Shown here: positions 26,484 to 40,398 of the stretch, piece after piece
How positions within the stretch are numbered: the first letter of the stretch is position 1
Layout of the letters: every line of letters starts with the position of its first letter
Origin: Girardia tigrina
Lineage: Eukaryota
Length of the DNA stretch: 64,000 bases
Assembly (NCBI GenBank): GCA_001938485.1
Contig: MQRK01244276.1
Location: forward strand, 1-64,000
Direction: 5' to 3'
The notes under the pieces: generated by a model
Databases searched by the model: none
What the model saw: only the letters and a program-made list of their open reading frames with translations
Told to the model about the DNA's origin: nothing
Program-made: the position numbers and the translations under genes

Positions 26484-27945
26484 AATATATTATAAATTAT
26501 ATATTAATTCAGTTGTAAGTAATTTCTCTTACACTTGCCTTCTTTAAAAAGCTTTATCCATTTTATATTTCTCTGAATCATCCGTCCTGCTTTATTTCTT
26601 ATTTCCAAGCAGCGACCGTGATTTGTTTAATAATTTTGACGAAATGGCTAAACTCAAATTCGCGTCTCAACTTAATTTTGTTTGCTTTTTCCGCTTCTAC
26701 CCCTTATTTCATCTATGATATTACTGTTATCTAGCTCATGATTAAGATCCAACTAGTTTTATACTTTTTCCTAAATGACTTTCGCTGGGCTTATTCATAG
26801 AGCATTCTGTTTTAATAAATTAATATTGAATTCAATTTCCGGAAGCAAATATAAGTAAAACAATTCACTTTTGCTGCATCACATGGATTAGTTTAGCTTA
26901 ATCTTGCTTATTCATTGCCGTTAAACTGATAACTCTACGAAACTTATCTATTATACCAAGAATATATTTATTTCCAATCATTGTTGGCAATCGTCCACTA
27001 AAATCCATATAAATATCCTCTAGTGGGTGTTTGAAGACGATATCGACAATTTCTTCTTTCGTCGCTCCGGTACATAACTTTGAGATCTGACAAGATTTCT
27101 CTGTTACTTCCATCTACATAAAGAAAATTTCCATTTTATGAATCATCTATTATTAAATAATATGCCTTGATTTTCCAAACATGGTACAATAATTTGTAGA
27201 AGAATATAATACAAGCTTCACTGGCATATTTCAGGATCTTAATCTTATTATTAATATTTCAGACACGTCGATTGTTATACTTAAATTGTTTTTAACAACA
27301 TGTTATTATTTTCTTCATTATTTCTTTGTTTCTTTACTATTCTGTTAGGGAATTAGTGAAATCTTTTCATCCATTGTCAACATTCGTGTCCATGTCTTAG
27401 TCTGTTTTCCTTCTTCGTTGAGTACATCCTCTATAATCTTTGGGAGATAAAGAATCAGCATTCTGCTGTAAGATGTTCTTCCTGTATTTTAACATCTAGT
27501 CCAAACTGCGGGGACAATTAATCCAGTTTTGGAACTGTAGTGTTATTAAGTTCTTCTTTTTTCATTATAAATACTATTACATTATTATCTGTCCGAAATA
27601 TAAATTTAGCGCCGTTTAAATAGTGCGTAAAATGCTGGGTAAATTTAAAGATAGTTAACAATTCATTCGGTATGATACATTAGTCAATTTAATGTTTTGA
27701 CATGGATGTTAGAACCATATGCTACAACTTGTTCTTTACCTTACTAATTTCCCTGCACTAGCACTATTCCTACAGTATTGAATGATGCGTCTGTATCAAT
27801 TTTGAATTCCTTCCCAAAATGTGGATAACACAGTACTGGTATTTTTTCACAAGGGACCTTTTGCTTAAACCTTTTTTCTTGGAGGATCATAATGAGGAGA
27901 CTTGTACCGTAGCCACTGAAAGATAATTGTGCAATTATTCTTCAT
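26300..27945 (-). mobile_element. Gypsy element C remnant: RNase H, integrase, PPT and 3' LTR start
   Basis: Fragments YPHFGKEFKIDTDASFNTVGIVL, HYLNGAKFIFRTD and IYMDFSGRLPTMIGNKYILGIIDKFRR. PPT AAAGAAGGCAAG is followed by TGTAAG at 26533; lower boundary approximate. Confidence 0.85.
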
Positions 27946-27959
27946 CATGTTATTACACA

Positions 27960-28290
27960 ATTAAAAGCAAAAAGGATAACGTCACACCTCATACAGCTAA
28001 CAAAATAAAACAACTTATTTAAAGAAAGTTTTGTGATAAGCATATCGAAAAAGTTTTTGACTTTTCATGACCTGCCAAAAGTTCAGACCTGAATCCATGA
28101 GACTTTTGTGTCTAGAAAATACTAAAAGCCAATGTTTACAATCGAACTCCAATATCTCTTACTGAATTTAAACAGAAAATTGACCAAACCACTTTTAACA
28201 AGTCCAAAAAATATATTCCACTCTATAATGTTATTTGAAGATTACGTTTGTGGATAGCGGAAGGTGGTAGACATTCATCCACCTAATTGA
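27960..28290 (+). mobile_element. Tc1/mariner transposase C-terminal remnant
   Basis: KDNVTPHTANK...PAKSSDLNP*DFCV*KILKANVY resembles QDGAPxH...WPPRSPDLNPLDF. Confidence 0.7.
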
Positions 28291-28379
28291 ATTAATAAAT
28301 TTCTAATTTTATTGTGTCATTCTCTTGTTTTTATATTTAATGAAACTATTAAATAATTTTAAATGTTCTTATAATTTAA

Positions 28380-28730
28380 AATTATAAAATTTGATTAAAG
28401 GTAATTAGAGAATGATAATAGAGATCTTTTTAATTAATAAAATTTATGATTAAATATGATTAAATATGAAATGATTAAATCTTTGATAATGTTATCGTAA
28501 TTTAAAATTGAAAAAAATTATATCTGGTTAAATTTTTAAAATTAAAATAAAATCAAATAATAATATAATAAGTATTTTTTATATCAGTTTAAGATTTAAA
28601 TAACAAATTGTTTCTAAGAAAATAAGTTTGTTGAAATATTAGTTTTAAGCATTAGTTTTGTCTTGATAACAATATTTGGATGTCGGAAATAACGTTTAAC
28701 AATAATTCCGAGAATGTTGCAAGAAAATCT
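28380..28730 (+). repeat. Dispersed repeat family 3 (second copy ~43720-44076)
   Basis: Shared tgttatcgtaatttaaaattga, atatc.gtttaagattta, aacaaa..gtttct and aataattccg...atgtt.caagaa. Confidence 0.65.
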
Positions 28731-30419
28731 AGCAACTTTAACTTGAGTTTAAATTATTTTATGTTGCATTGAAGTTGTTATGTTAGTTTATACCATGACG
28801 ATGTTTCACAAGTGGAAGTTTATCTTTTACGAAAAATTCTCAGTCGAACGTTATAAGTCTGGATCCATGAATAACCTTCAGGACTTTATCAAATTTATTC
28901 AAATTTTTTAATACAATTTGCGGAGAAGTGTATTACAATCTGTGCTGATAAAAATATTAAAATTTACAATTGCTACATATTACATTGGATTTAAATTACA
29001 TCTGAACCATGTTTTTTTATACTCCTTTACAATTATAATCAGAAAAATAAAACTTTCTGCTTTTACGAGTGGTTTCAAGAGATGTTGTGGTTTATGGAGA
29101 TTTTATGATAATATATTTTATATATATATATTATACGTCTTCATGCTTATGTATAACTTGATCTCCCATGTTAAAGACTTAAATAAAAACATGCATTTAT
29201 TAATACTTATATGTACTTATACAAACATCACATCAAATTTATCTACTTCATTGCACTGTGTATGTAAAAATTATAACATTGTATGGAAATATAATTTTTT
29301 ATTTTATTGTCAAATAATACTTTATAGTAATTTATTTGTGATAAATATAAACTAAATTCCATACCTTACGTTTTAAAGACATGAATGCTTGTGAAAAGAA
29401 GTTCCTTTCTCCTTTATTTGGATCTCCGTGTGAGTATTTTCTTTGATCAAGCTAAAACGAAAACAAATATAAAAACTTAAATTAAAATCTATAGAAAATT
29501 ATAAATAGATGAATATAATTAATTAATTAATCGATTTAAAATAGAATATTTAATTGATCACTAATAAAATTAATAAATTACTGATTAAATAATTGTTTTT
29601 GATTTTCAGCTAAACTATTGTTTCAGAGAAGTTTTTACGTTTTAAATAGTTAAGATATAAATTTCCGGTAAATTATTTTAATTATTATAAGTTTTATAAT
29701 TACTTTAAATAAATAGTTCTGAATAGTCCAAATATTTAAACAAATATTTAATCATTGAGATAGGGGTGAATTTTACAAAACAACATAAAATATTCCTCGC
29801 ATTTATAAAATAATAAAACATTTTATTTATATATAAAAATACTGTATGCGACACATAAATAACCGGCTATTTTCTCAAGCAATAGATTTCAAGCTCAAAC
29901 GTCAAATAATCGAGATCTCTATAAAAATATGAATAAATGAGCTTTTCTATAACACATTTAATCATTAAAATATGTAGAAGGTTCTTTAAGTTTATTTTTG
30001 TGGGTAATTTAATTTTGTCTTAAGATAACGAAATAAATAAAAAGTGAAGATAAAACTGTCAAATTTTTTTGATCATAAAATGGAGCTTGAATTAAAGTAT
30101 CACTAAGACGACTTTTGGAGTGCGCAATGTTTTGTACGTCCTGCTATTAATTAGGAATAAAAAATGAATTAAATAAAATTTAAATGAGAAAAAGATTGAA
30201 TAGAACCATTCCTTAACCTATACCAAGGAATTAAAAAAACTTGAATAACTAATTTGATATTGAAAAAAAGTGAATTAAACTTAATAATAACAACAAGAAC
30301 AAAAATATATCGTCTCCTTTAAACAAAAAATTTATTATCACAAAAAAGTTGACAGATCACCAAAAACCATCGTAAAAACAAAAAATTCAAAATAAAAACT
30401 GAAATCACTGCAATGATTT

Positions 30420-30535
30420 TTTGTCGCTAATTTTTTTCTATTCGATTCTCGAATCATGAAAGAGAATCTTCGTGCGACCAATAAAAATCGGCCAACACAT
30501 TTCGTCACAAATAAGTCACGTGATTCGATTTCAAT
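30420..30535. promoter_or_regulatory. Candidate promoter island (CCAAT plus E-box GTCACGTGA)
   Basis: CpG-containing patch in an AT background, with CCAAT at ~30478 and GTCACGTGA at 30515-30523, upstream of the minus-strand exon chain. Confidence 0.25.
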
Positions 30536-30879
30536 TTTTGTTTTTAATGTTCAAACTGAATTTCTCAAATTTGAATTTTTTTGAATATTTTTGCTTTAAA
30601 TATTTCTTTTTTTATTTAATTTCTTACGTTTATATTTAACTATTTTTATCACATATTTATATATACATTTATATACAAAAGGAAAATAACATCGGTGATA
30701 AAAATTAACAGAAATTGTGATTCAAAAGAGTTCATTTTACTAGTCCAGATGAGAGAGAGATAGAGAAGAGGATAATAACAATTTGAAATTCGAAAACCAA
30801 TAAAACAGTTAATATTTCATATAATTATTATAAAACAGAAAAGAAACTTCATCGGTCATGTAAGGTAAAGCCAGACTAC

Positions 30880-31391
30880 ACTGACGAATATTTTTAATTG
30901 TATGTGAATGCAGCTTGTATTTAAATATGTTGAACCTAGAAAAGAGATTCTTCCACCCAGATGAAAATTGGTATTTTTTTGTATTTACTGCGATTGACTA
31001 TTCGAACATAATTAAAATAATATTAACGAAATGATAATAATCTGTCAAGTTTTAATTTCGGAAATTAAAATCAAGTTTCATATTTTTAAAAAAGTAAAGT
31101 ATTTAAATGAATATAAAATAAAATTATAAAATTTAAATTTAAATTCATTTTATAATTTCATAAAATTTATTTATTTAGAGTTCTTATAATGAAATGGTTA
31201 AAATTATTTATTTTAATAAATATTTTTGGAAATTAAACTATAATACATATTTACTAAGATTTAGAAAAGATTTTTGAATGATCATTATTATAAAGACAGA
31301 AATAAAACCAATTAGAATGATAAGAAACTGTAAGAAAGATCTTCCGAGGGTTGTGATGACTCTAAATCTGATACTAATAAATGTTCTAATA
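30880..31391 (+). mobile_element. Solo LTR, family 1 (5' end decayed)
   Basis: Core box at 30949-30963; colinear similarity to 41505-41995 and 42349-42835; ends TGTTCTAATA. Confidence 0.8.
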
Positions 31392-32655
31392 CTAATTGTC
31401 TCAATGCTATTTATCAAAAGTGAAGTTTTTAGGTGTTTTTTTGAAAACTTAGACACTCCATAATCGGCCTGAATGCGTGAAATATACCACTTTAGGAAAT
31501 ACGTAGTTGGTCTGAAATCCCAAAATCCAAATTAAAAAGAGAATCATAATGATTATACATCCTTTTTTGACATAGAAGAAGAGATTTATCACCAATAAGA
31601 TTTACATTATTTATTGAGGGATTTAAAAATTACCTTAACAGAATGAAGATGGAGATTATCTGCTTAATATATTCTTTTCTATATTCGTTTAAAAACCCTT
31701 TTAAAACTAATATATTAAACTACCCACCTAATATTAAATATATTATATTAATATTTTAATTATAAATATTTTTAAAATTGAAAGTCAAAATTTTTTTAAT
31801 TAGTTAGCTTATTTTTCTTCGAAACTTCAAGACATAAATCATATAATTACTTTTCCTATACTCCCTTAATGTATTTTCGATAAAATTGTTTATTAAATAA
31901 GAATTATATTAACGATATAATTTGCGTTTTAAAATTCTTTAATATTTTATAAAAACAAAATACTATTTAAAAAATTAAAAAAATCTTTTTTGTTATAAAT
32001 GATAATTAAAATTACACAAAAACGTTGATTTAGAATGAATAAATATTAATTAATTTATAATTCAAAAAAATAATTTATTTGATTAGTAATATTCTTTATC
32101 TATTTAGTTACTGATTTTTTAAATTTACATATTTAATTTTTTTTTAAATATTACAATATATTTTTTGTTATTGATTTTTATTCATTTTCATCTGTTTTTA
32201 AATAAATTGATTTTCATGATAAAATATTATTTTAATAATTATATATATTAAAGATATCATTCATCAAAATTTATTTAAAACTATATTTTATATTTTGTTT
32301 CTTTGTGTTTTGCAATAATTGATTGTTATTATCATTTTATAAATACTGTTATTGTGTTTGTTAGAAAGTTAAAATGGTATTAATAGTAATTATAACACAA
32401 AAATGTAACCATGAGGAAAAACGAAAGAGGGGAGCAGTGCAAGATTCAAAGAATGAAAGGTGATATTGATGTATTTGGTGTCAAGAAGTTCTTGTGGAAT
32501 ATATTGCCGTTCAAATTTTAATGTTATATTTTCAAATATATTTTTGTTGCATCGCTTTTGTATGTTATTTAAAAAAGCATATATATATATATATATATAT
32601 ATATANNNNNNNNNNNNNNNNNNNNNNNNNNNNNNNNNNNNNNNNNNNNNNNNNN

Positions 32656-32683
<28 letters not shown>

Positions 32684-32688
<5 letters not shown>

Positions 32689-33389
32689 AAAAATAGCCAT
32701 TTTTCCAAACATTTATTTTGATTTTTCAATACTAGTTTCGCCCTATTGGCATCTTCAGTTGACTAATTGAAATTTCAGATTTAAGTCCTTTTTATATAGC
32801 GATAGACTGTTACGCAATACTCAATTTAAGGCTTTTTTTATTATTATTTACTTTAATTTAAAAAAAAATTAACAAGAAAAAACATCTAAAAATCAATATT
32901 CAAAATTTTACTTATTTATTCAAAAAGAAAAAAAAGACAAAAAGAAGAAAGCTTAAAAGAAACAGAAGACAAAAAACTAAGAATTAAAATATTTTAATAT
33001 AATTTGAGAAATCACTTTGGACATTTAAGCATGGTTTATAATGCGTAATTAACAATGCTTCAGTGATTATTCTCTCCTTATAATTGTCAAAATTTTTACA
33101 TAAACACTAAATTCCTTATCACTCTCTATATTTTCTCGATCCCTACAATTCAATATATGATTAACAATGGAACTGTTTCGACTCGATTGAGTACGTTCAG
33201 CAATTCTAGTTCGAAGATGACGGTTTGTCTCTCCAATGTACAAGGGATCGCACTTGTGACATTTAAATTGACATACTATATTTGCCTGCACACTCAATGG
33301 AGTTTTTGATTTATTAGAAAAGAAACCAGAAACTTTATTTGTGGTAAAAATTACCTTCAATTAAAAAATTGCCATTGGAATTAATTGAA

Positions 33390-33390
<1 letters not shown>
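32684..33390 (-). mobile_element. 5'-truncated Penelope-like element, family 2
   Basis: CQFKCHKCDPLYIGETNRHLRTRIAE (GIY-YIG), a hammerhead in the 3' region, and (TA)n on both sides. Confidence 0.9.
32727..32761 (-). ncRNA. Minimal type I hammerhead ribozyme (PLE family 2)
   Basis: CAA-CTGAAGA-tGCCaatagGGC-GAAA-CTAG-TA-TTG, with palindromic stem III ACTAGT. Confidence 0.85.
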
Positions 33391-33429
<39 letters not shown>

Positions 33430-33785
33430 NNNNNNNNNNNNNNNNNNNNNNNNNNNNNNNNNNNNNNNNNNNNNNNNNNAAATTTTGGTTTTTGGGGCAA
33501 GTTTTAAGATAATCACACTATTACATATTATTTATATTGTGTTTTTATTCCAAAAGTACAATTATGTTTCGTTTTTTGGGGCATATTTTTAACCTAAATA
33601 TAATATTTAATCTTGGTCTGAAATAAGTATCAAAATTTCCTCAAATTTAAAATATTACAAGCTTTTTTTTAAAACATTTTGTTAAATTTTATGTTAAATT
33701 TTGTTTAAATTTATAAATTTTGTAAAAAAACATTATCCCGAATGACGAAAAAACTAACATCAAGCGAAAAATTTGAAATTGCGAA

Positions 33786-34372
33786 ATGTTTGAGGCATTC
33801 AAGGATCATTACAATAATTCTCTTGTTCATTTTTTGGTAACTGAAGAAGATGATTTAAATAATGATCTATTTAAAAACATTAATATTAAAAATGCTATTG
33901 TTTTTACTTCTATTGTCTGGGAGTTAATATCCAAAGAATCGATTATTAATTATTTCAAAAAGGCATTTTCCAAAAAAGAAGAAACCAACCAAAATATGAA
34001 AATTCATATGCTTGAGGAAGATATAGAGAACGTTATTGTTGAGGTTTATGAAGAAAATTTATCAGAACCGCTGGAGGATACCGAAACAGCTGAAATTTGT
34101 GAAAAAGTTCGTTATGATAAACTAAAGCTGGGATGGGAAAAACTTAGAATTGGAAAATGTTATTGATTGTTTAAAAAGAATACATCAAGTTTAGAATGCA
34201 ATTTAATAATTTTTAAGGAAGTAATATAAATTTGGGAAAACAATAACTGATTATTTTAAAAAATTGGAATAAATTTAATTTACTTTTTTCGATGTTTTTT
34301 AATATTTTGGGTGTTTTTTGGTTTTTGGGGCAAAATTTGATATTTTTTGCCCCAAAACTGTGGAGGGTGGAC
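33786..34372 (+). mobile_element. pogo/Tigger-like transposase C-terminal remnant
   Basis: AFKDHYNNSLV...INIKNAIVFTSIVWELISKESIINYFKKA matches the end of the DDE_1 domain. Confidence 0.7.
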
Positions 34373-34397
34373 TATATATATATATATATATATTATA

Positions 34398-34988
34398 CTT
34401 TTCAATTAATTCCAATGGCAATCGGGTTAATAAAATAAAAAAATAGCCATTTTTCCAAACATTTATTTTTATTTTGCAATACTAGTTTCGCCATATTGGC
34501 ATCTTCAGTTGACTAATTGAAATTTCAGATTTAAGTCCCTTATATATAGCGGTAGACTGTTACGCAATTTTACTCAATTTAAGGCTTTTTTTATTTTTAA
34601 TTAAAAAAATAACAAGAAAAAACGTCTAAAAATCAATATTCAAAATTTTATTTATTTATTAAAAAAGAAAAAAAAAGAAAAAGAAACAAAAAAGAAAACT
34701 TAAAAGAAACAGAAGACAAAAAACTAAGAATTAAAATATTTTAATATAATTTGAGGAATCACTTTGAACATTTAAACATGGTTTATAATGCTTAATTAAC
34801 AATGCTTCAGTGATTATCCTCTCCTTATAATTGTCAAAATTTTTACATAAAACACTAAATTCCTTATCACTCTCTATATTTTCTCGATCCCTACAATTCA
34901 ATATATGATTAAGAATGGAACTATTTCGACTCGATTGAGTATGTTCAGCAATTCTAGTTCGAAGATGACGGTTTGTCTCTCCAATGTA
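34398..34988 (-). mobile_element. 5'-truncated Penelope-like element, family 2 (second copy)
   Basis: IGETNRHLRTRIAEH...ITEALLIKHYKPCLNVQ; highly similar to 32684-33240; (TA)n on both sides. Confidence 0.9.
34477..34511 (-). ncRNA. Minimal type I hammerhead ribozyme (PLE family 2)
   Basis: CAA-CTGAAGA-tGCCAataTGGC-GAAA-CTAG-TA-TTG. Confidence 0.85.
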
Positions 34989-35159
34989 TATATATATATA
35001 TATATATATTTGAAACCAATAATTTAATAAGTCAAAGAAGAACTTGCTTGTCAAATGGAAACGTCAATAACAACAATTTAAAATCATTTGAAGGTAATTT
35101 GGAAAAAGAAAAAAAACTCGAATTTAATGACGAGAAAAAGAAACACTCTTTTGAATGGT

Positions 35160-35600
35160 AATCCTCATTTTTATTGCTCAACAAGAATAAACCTTTTTTT
35201 AAATCGGATTGTCCTTTGTGATGAAAAGGACTTTCTTAGCACAGACCGGCAATACTTAGGTTATTGAGTAAAGGCTGATGAATCTCCAAAACATTTTCCG
35301 AGACCACAGTTATACAAAAAGGTTATTCTTTCTCTTTGATCGCCTGTAAGTGGTTTTATCCTTTTCAAATTCCTAGATACAAGTGAAAGTATTAATGTAG
35401 AAAAGTAATGTGAATATATAGAAGAAATACAACAAACGTTGAAAGAATAACTAAACAATGGTAAACAAAAATGATTCATTATTCCCCAAGACAATACTTT
35501 TTCCGCACTTTGCTAAAAAAAACTCCAAATACAAGAAAAAATAAACTACGGCATGCTTTCCCACATACTGACCAGACCTATAACAACCTTTTAAAATTAT
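35160..35600 (+). mobile_element. Highly decayed mariner remnant
   Basis: RIVLCDEK and a QDN motif in broken frames. Confidence 0.35.
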
Positions 35601-37635
35601 TTTATTTTATAAATATTGCATAAATATTGCAAAAGGAAATAAATCGAGTTCTGGGGCGATAGGCAATATTTGTTATTTTATTGGAATGTAAATATTTATT
35701 TACGTCTCGATTAGATGTGTTAAATTTAATTTTTTAAGTTAAATATTTCTTGAATTATGCATTTATTGTTCTTTCCAAATAAAAATTAAAGGTACAAAAT
35801 ACATTTTTCATTAAACGTAATAAAATAAAAATTATAGACAGTAGTTCATCATATTTAATAAATAATAAATTTGGAAATAAATATTATGAGTTCGTTAATT
35901 TTTATTTTGTTGATAAATTTTAATAATTTAGAAATGATTAAAATTTTTAAAAGTAATATAAATATTTTTTAGAAAATATATAATTTTAAAATATTTTAAT
36001 TCAGATTTAAATTACAAAAGATATATTACAAAAGATAGATAACTTTAATATGAAATCAAATAAACACAAAACGAAGAAATATATCTCGTATAAGAAACAA
36101 ACTCGAATAATTGAATCATATGATAAATCTTGCCTCAGATCTTCCTCTGAGATACAACATACATAATGAATGAATATATAAATACTTATCATAATATACA
36201 AATGTAAGAGATCATAGTATTTTTCTTCATACTTTCTCAACTAAATGTATTAGTTTATAACTTCAATTATGAAAATCTAGATAAATAGGTCGGTTAAATC
36301 AATTTAATATTATATATTTTATATTGGTCATATTAATTAAATAGTAATTGAGTGACAAAACATGTATTGAAGATATCATGAGACAAAAATGTTAAATATT
36401 ATTAGATATATTTAGTTTTTCTTCTATTTTGTTTTCTTTGGCAAGAAAAATGCTTAGAGTTTATCATTTCTCTATAATTTGTTCCATTATTCAACATTAT
36501 ATATTAGATTAGTATTTCCTGACAATTCTAATACCTCAGTAGAAATGTATTCATAAAAGGTTGTAAAATCAAAAGATTCTTCAGCTCATGTTTCTTTAGC
36601 AAAATACATTTTCATATATTAGAAACACTCTTCCAAGACTAGCTACTACAATATGATTTTTCTTTTAATTTTTTTTATTTGTATAATTTATCCGGTCTTT
36701 CTAAATTAAGAAACATTTATTTAGTTTTCTGACTTTGCTTTAAAATCTTTGAAAACCAAAATGTTATATAAATCATCGGATGATTAAGCACCATTCTTAT
36801 GAGGAGATAGTAAAAATTTTCAATTCTCCAAATAATTTATAAAAATTTCTAATATAAAATTTTAACAAAAATTAAATGATTTTAAGGAAATAAAAAAGTT
36901 CAAAACACATATAAAAAATAAAAAAAGGATTTTTAAAAACAACTAAAAACCTGTATAATAATTAAAATCATCAAAAATCATAAGTTAAAAAGTTTGGATT
37001 AATTAAAACCGATATATTTTAAAAAGAAAATATTTAGTAAAAACTTTAAATAAAGTAAAAAGGAAAATAAATTGATTTTTTTAAAAACAATAAAATGGGT
37101 TAAATTTATAATGTAGAAAAAAATTATTTTGAAAGAAATTAATGTTAAATTAAATATTTTTTAACGAAAATATTTTGAAAATACAATTTTATTATTAATT
37201 AAATTAAAAATAAGTAGAATATTTTTTAATAAAAGTAGAAAATTTTGACGATAAATTTTAATAAGGTAATTTTAATAAATTTATGCAAAAGTAGAAATTT
37301 GATTTAAAAAACTTAAAAAGTGGATTTAGGCGAAATAATTAAATTAACGAAAAGAAACTTTAAATTTGTGTTTAATTTTCATTAACAATTTTTTTGTGTG
37401 AGATTGTGACTTCTGATATTGAATCAATCTTCATCGAAGATAAAGTAATCAGTAAAATAATAATAATTCTTAAATAAATATCTTTTCGTTTTACTTGTTA
37501 TTTTAATTTTAAAATTTGATCTCCTATTTCAAAACATATCTGATTTTTTTGTTTAAAATTATAAAGTTTTTGGTATTTATATTTGATGGATTAAATTACA
37601 GAATAAAGAAGTCTGTTTTTAAAGGTAACTATTTC

Positions 37636-37689
<54 letters not shown>

Positions 37690-37775
37690 TATTATTATTA
37701 TTATTATTATTATTATACTTATTATTATTATAAATTATTATAATTATAATAAATTATTCTTGTTATTATTATTAT
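37636..37775. repeat. (AAT)n-(ATT)n compound microsatellite
   Basis: About 18 AAT units abut ATT units. Confidence 0.95.
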
Positions 37776-40358
37776 TTCTTTTAATTTTTAGAAAACAAAT
37801 ATAAACAAATATTCGAAAAAATATTAAATGATAAATAAATATTTGTGGTAACTTAAATTATTTATTATCAAAACTAACAAAAAGAAACTTCATTAAAAAA
37901 GTTGTTTTGATGATTTTGTTGATTTAAAAGAAACAAGTTAAATAAAAGTATTCTAAAAAAAATATTTTATAAATTTATTTTATTTTTTTAATGAACATTT
38001 ATATTATCATTGAAATCTTTAGGGAAAGTTATTTACATATTTTCAGATACGGATTTTCTTTATAAACAATTTGAATCCTCCGCGGAATTCTGTCGAATAT
38101 TAAATCAGATTTCGCATAACACGAATCATTTGATTCAATCATTTGAATATATTAACCATTATTTATCAAATAATTTTATTGAAAAATTATTGAATAATAT
38201 AATTCTCTAATTTAAAAAATATGTTTACATTTTAAGAAAGTTTTAATAAATATTAAATATAATAATATTAATGATTGTATATCATTTATATATAATGATT
38301 AATATTAATATATGTATATATAACATTATTTTAACATTATTATAACATGGTTAGAAATCGTATAAATGCTGTAATAATGCTTCTAAATCCTTTGGAAAAA
38401 AAGAATTTTTTACAAAAAAGAAAAAGAAAAGAAAAAAAAGGAAAAAATACTTTTCGTAACTTTAATGTACTCCTTGTCATCCTTCTTCTTTGTTTCTTGA
38501 GAGTAAGTTTTCTTCAATTTAATCCTAACATTAGTTTTTATTTTTCTATAAGGATAAATAGAAAAATGTTACAAAAGGAGAAGCAAAATCAATTTCAAAA
38601 GACGAGTTAAATAATAAATAAACAAATTTTGCTTTATTATATGAGAGGTTAAATTGTTAATAATTAAATAAATTAGACTATTCAGACACTTTAAGTGCTT
38701 AATTAATAACTAAATGAGAAGAGTGCGCAGATTTTTGATAAAATAAAAATAATCCTTAAAATTATCATCCAATAAAATTAAATTTAAATAACATGATCAT
38801 GAAGATATTTCTAAAACACAAATCTTATCATAATATATTGTCGTTAATTTCAACGCATTAACCGTCATCATTATACTAAACTAAGAATAATATATTCGCA
38901 TTTGTATACCAAAGCAATGTTTATGTAATAATTGTTATAAAACATGAAAATAATTTCAATAAAGTTGAAGAGAATGGTGAAGATTTTAGGATGAAAAGAT
39001 TGGATCAACAATGCTTCACACATTACCCTCTCCCAGTTACTATTTAATTGTGAACAAAAATTACTTAGATCATCTTTACTATTTAAATAATTCTTTCTAC
39101 GTTAAGTAATATTGCTATAACTTTCTTATCGATTATGTTCCTAAATCCGTGTATAGAGATGACGACAAGTCTCTTCTATGTATGCGGTGTCACATAATCA
39201 TGATACTCAGGGACTTATTACTTTTGTAACCTATGTTAAGCCAGTCGTGCATTAATCCACGCGGTGTCCCTGGAATACTAGAGGGTCTCGAACCCTCTAG
39301 ACTAAAGTATCCGAAGCATGCCTTACTAGTACGCTGCCTAGTTAGTATGAGTGGCAAGGGCTCTTGATCCACTACCAAAATGGTAACTTTCTCCTGAGCG
39401 GAATTATAGAAACGCGTTATAGTGGGGCCAATAATCAGTTCAGCGCCCGCACGAAACATCGACTCTATGAGCTATTAGTTCCGTGCGTTGCTCGTTTTGA
39501 GCCATCGGAGAGAGGAGGCCTACATGGATACTGATAAAGTAACTAAACATGAACATAAACTTCTTAGAGTGATGGATTTACAGTTTAGCTAACTTCCTTT
39601 CTTACATGATTTATACATATTTTTTTTAATTTAAATAGAAGTTTTGTTGTATCTGATGTATTTTAATTGATTCTATTTGAAAGTAATTAAAATTTAATAA
39701 CTTGGAAATTTGAAAAATGATTTTCCATCAATTTCACATTTCAGTCGATATCATTAAAAACTTTTCAATCAAAAAAATGATCAAGTCTGATGGAGATACT
39801 GAGAATTGTTGTGACGACGATTTTGTTTGTATTTGTGGTAAAATGTATTCAATTCAAATCATAAGATTAAAAAAATAAAAGTAAATAATTTAAAAATTAA
39901 AACATGTTTAAAATATACATGTATATTAATTCTTTTAAGTAATTTTTTCAGCCAAGTGCATTTGATAATATTTATAAAATTTTTTGAATAAAATTTTTAA
40001 ATTAAAAATTATTTTCGTAATTTACTAAATTAGAATGGAATGCAAATGAAATCCTTCATTAATTTTTGTTTCATCAAAACAAATGCGTTTGATCGCCGTG
40101 ATCGAATATCAATACGAAATCAAAGGACTATTCCACACTTTTTTGTTGTGCCACTTCCGAATGATATCTGCACTTAGTCGACGATTTTCCTACAATTAGA
40201 CATTGAAATTTTTACGAGTGTCGTTTATTGAAATCTTTGAATTTTGATGACGGTTTATATTTTTCGAAAGACAACAAGCAAGACATATTTCCATACCTTA
40301 ATTTTATAACTTTCAAATGACACTGAGCGGGTACCGCTCGAATTTAAACAAAAACACT

Positions 40359-40398
<40 letters not shown>

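Larger units (their letters stand above)
25930..29451 (-). pseudogene. Second chain of orphan exon-like islands, interrupted by TEs
   Basis: Open AG/GT-bounded 87-bp exon 29365-29451 (LDQRKYSHGDPNKGERNFFSQAFMSLKRK). Broken coding-like stretches at ~28790-29270 and ~25965-26260. Confidence 0.3.
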
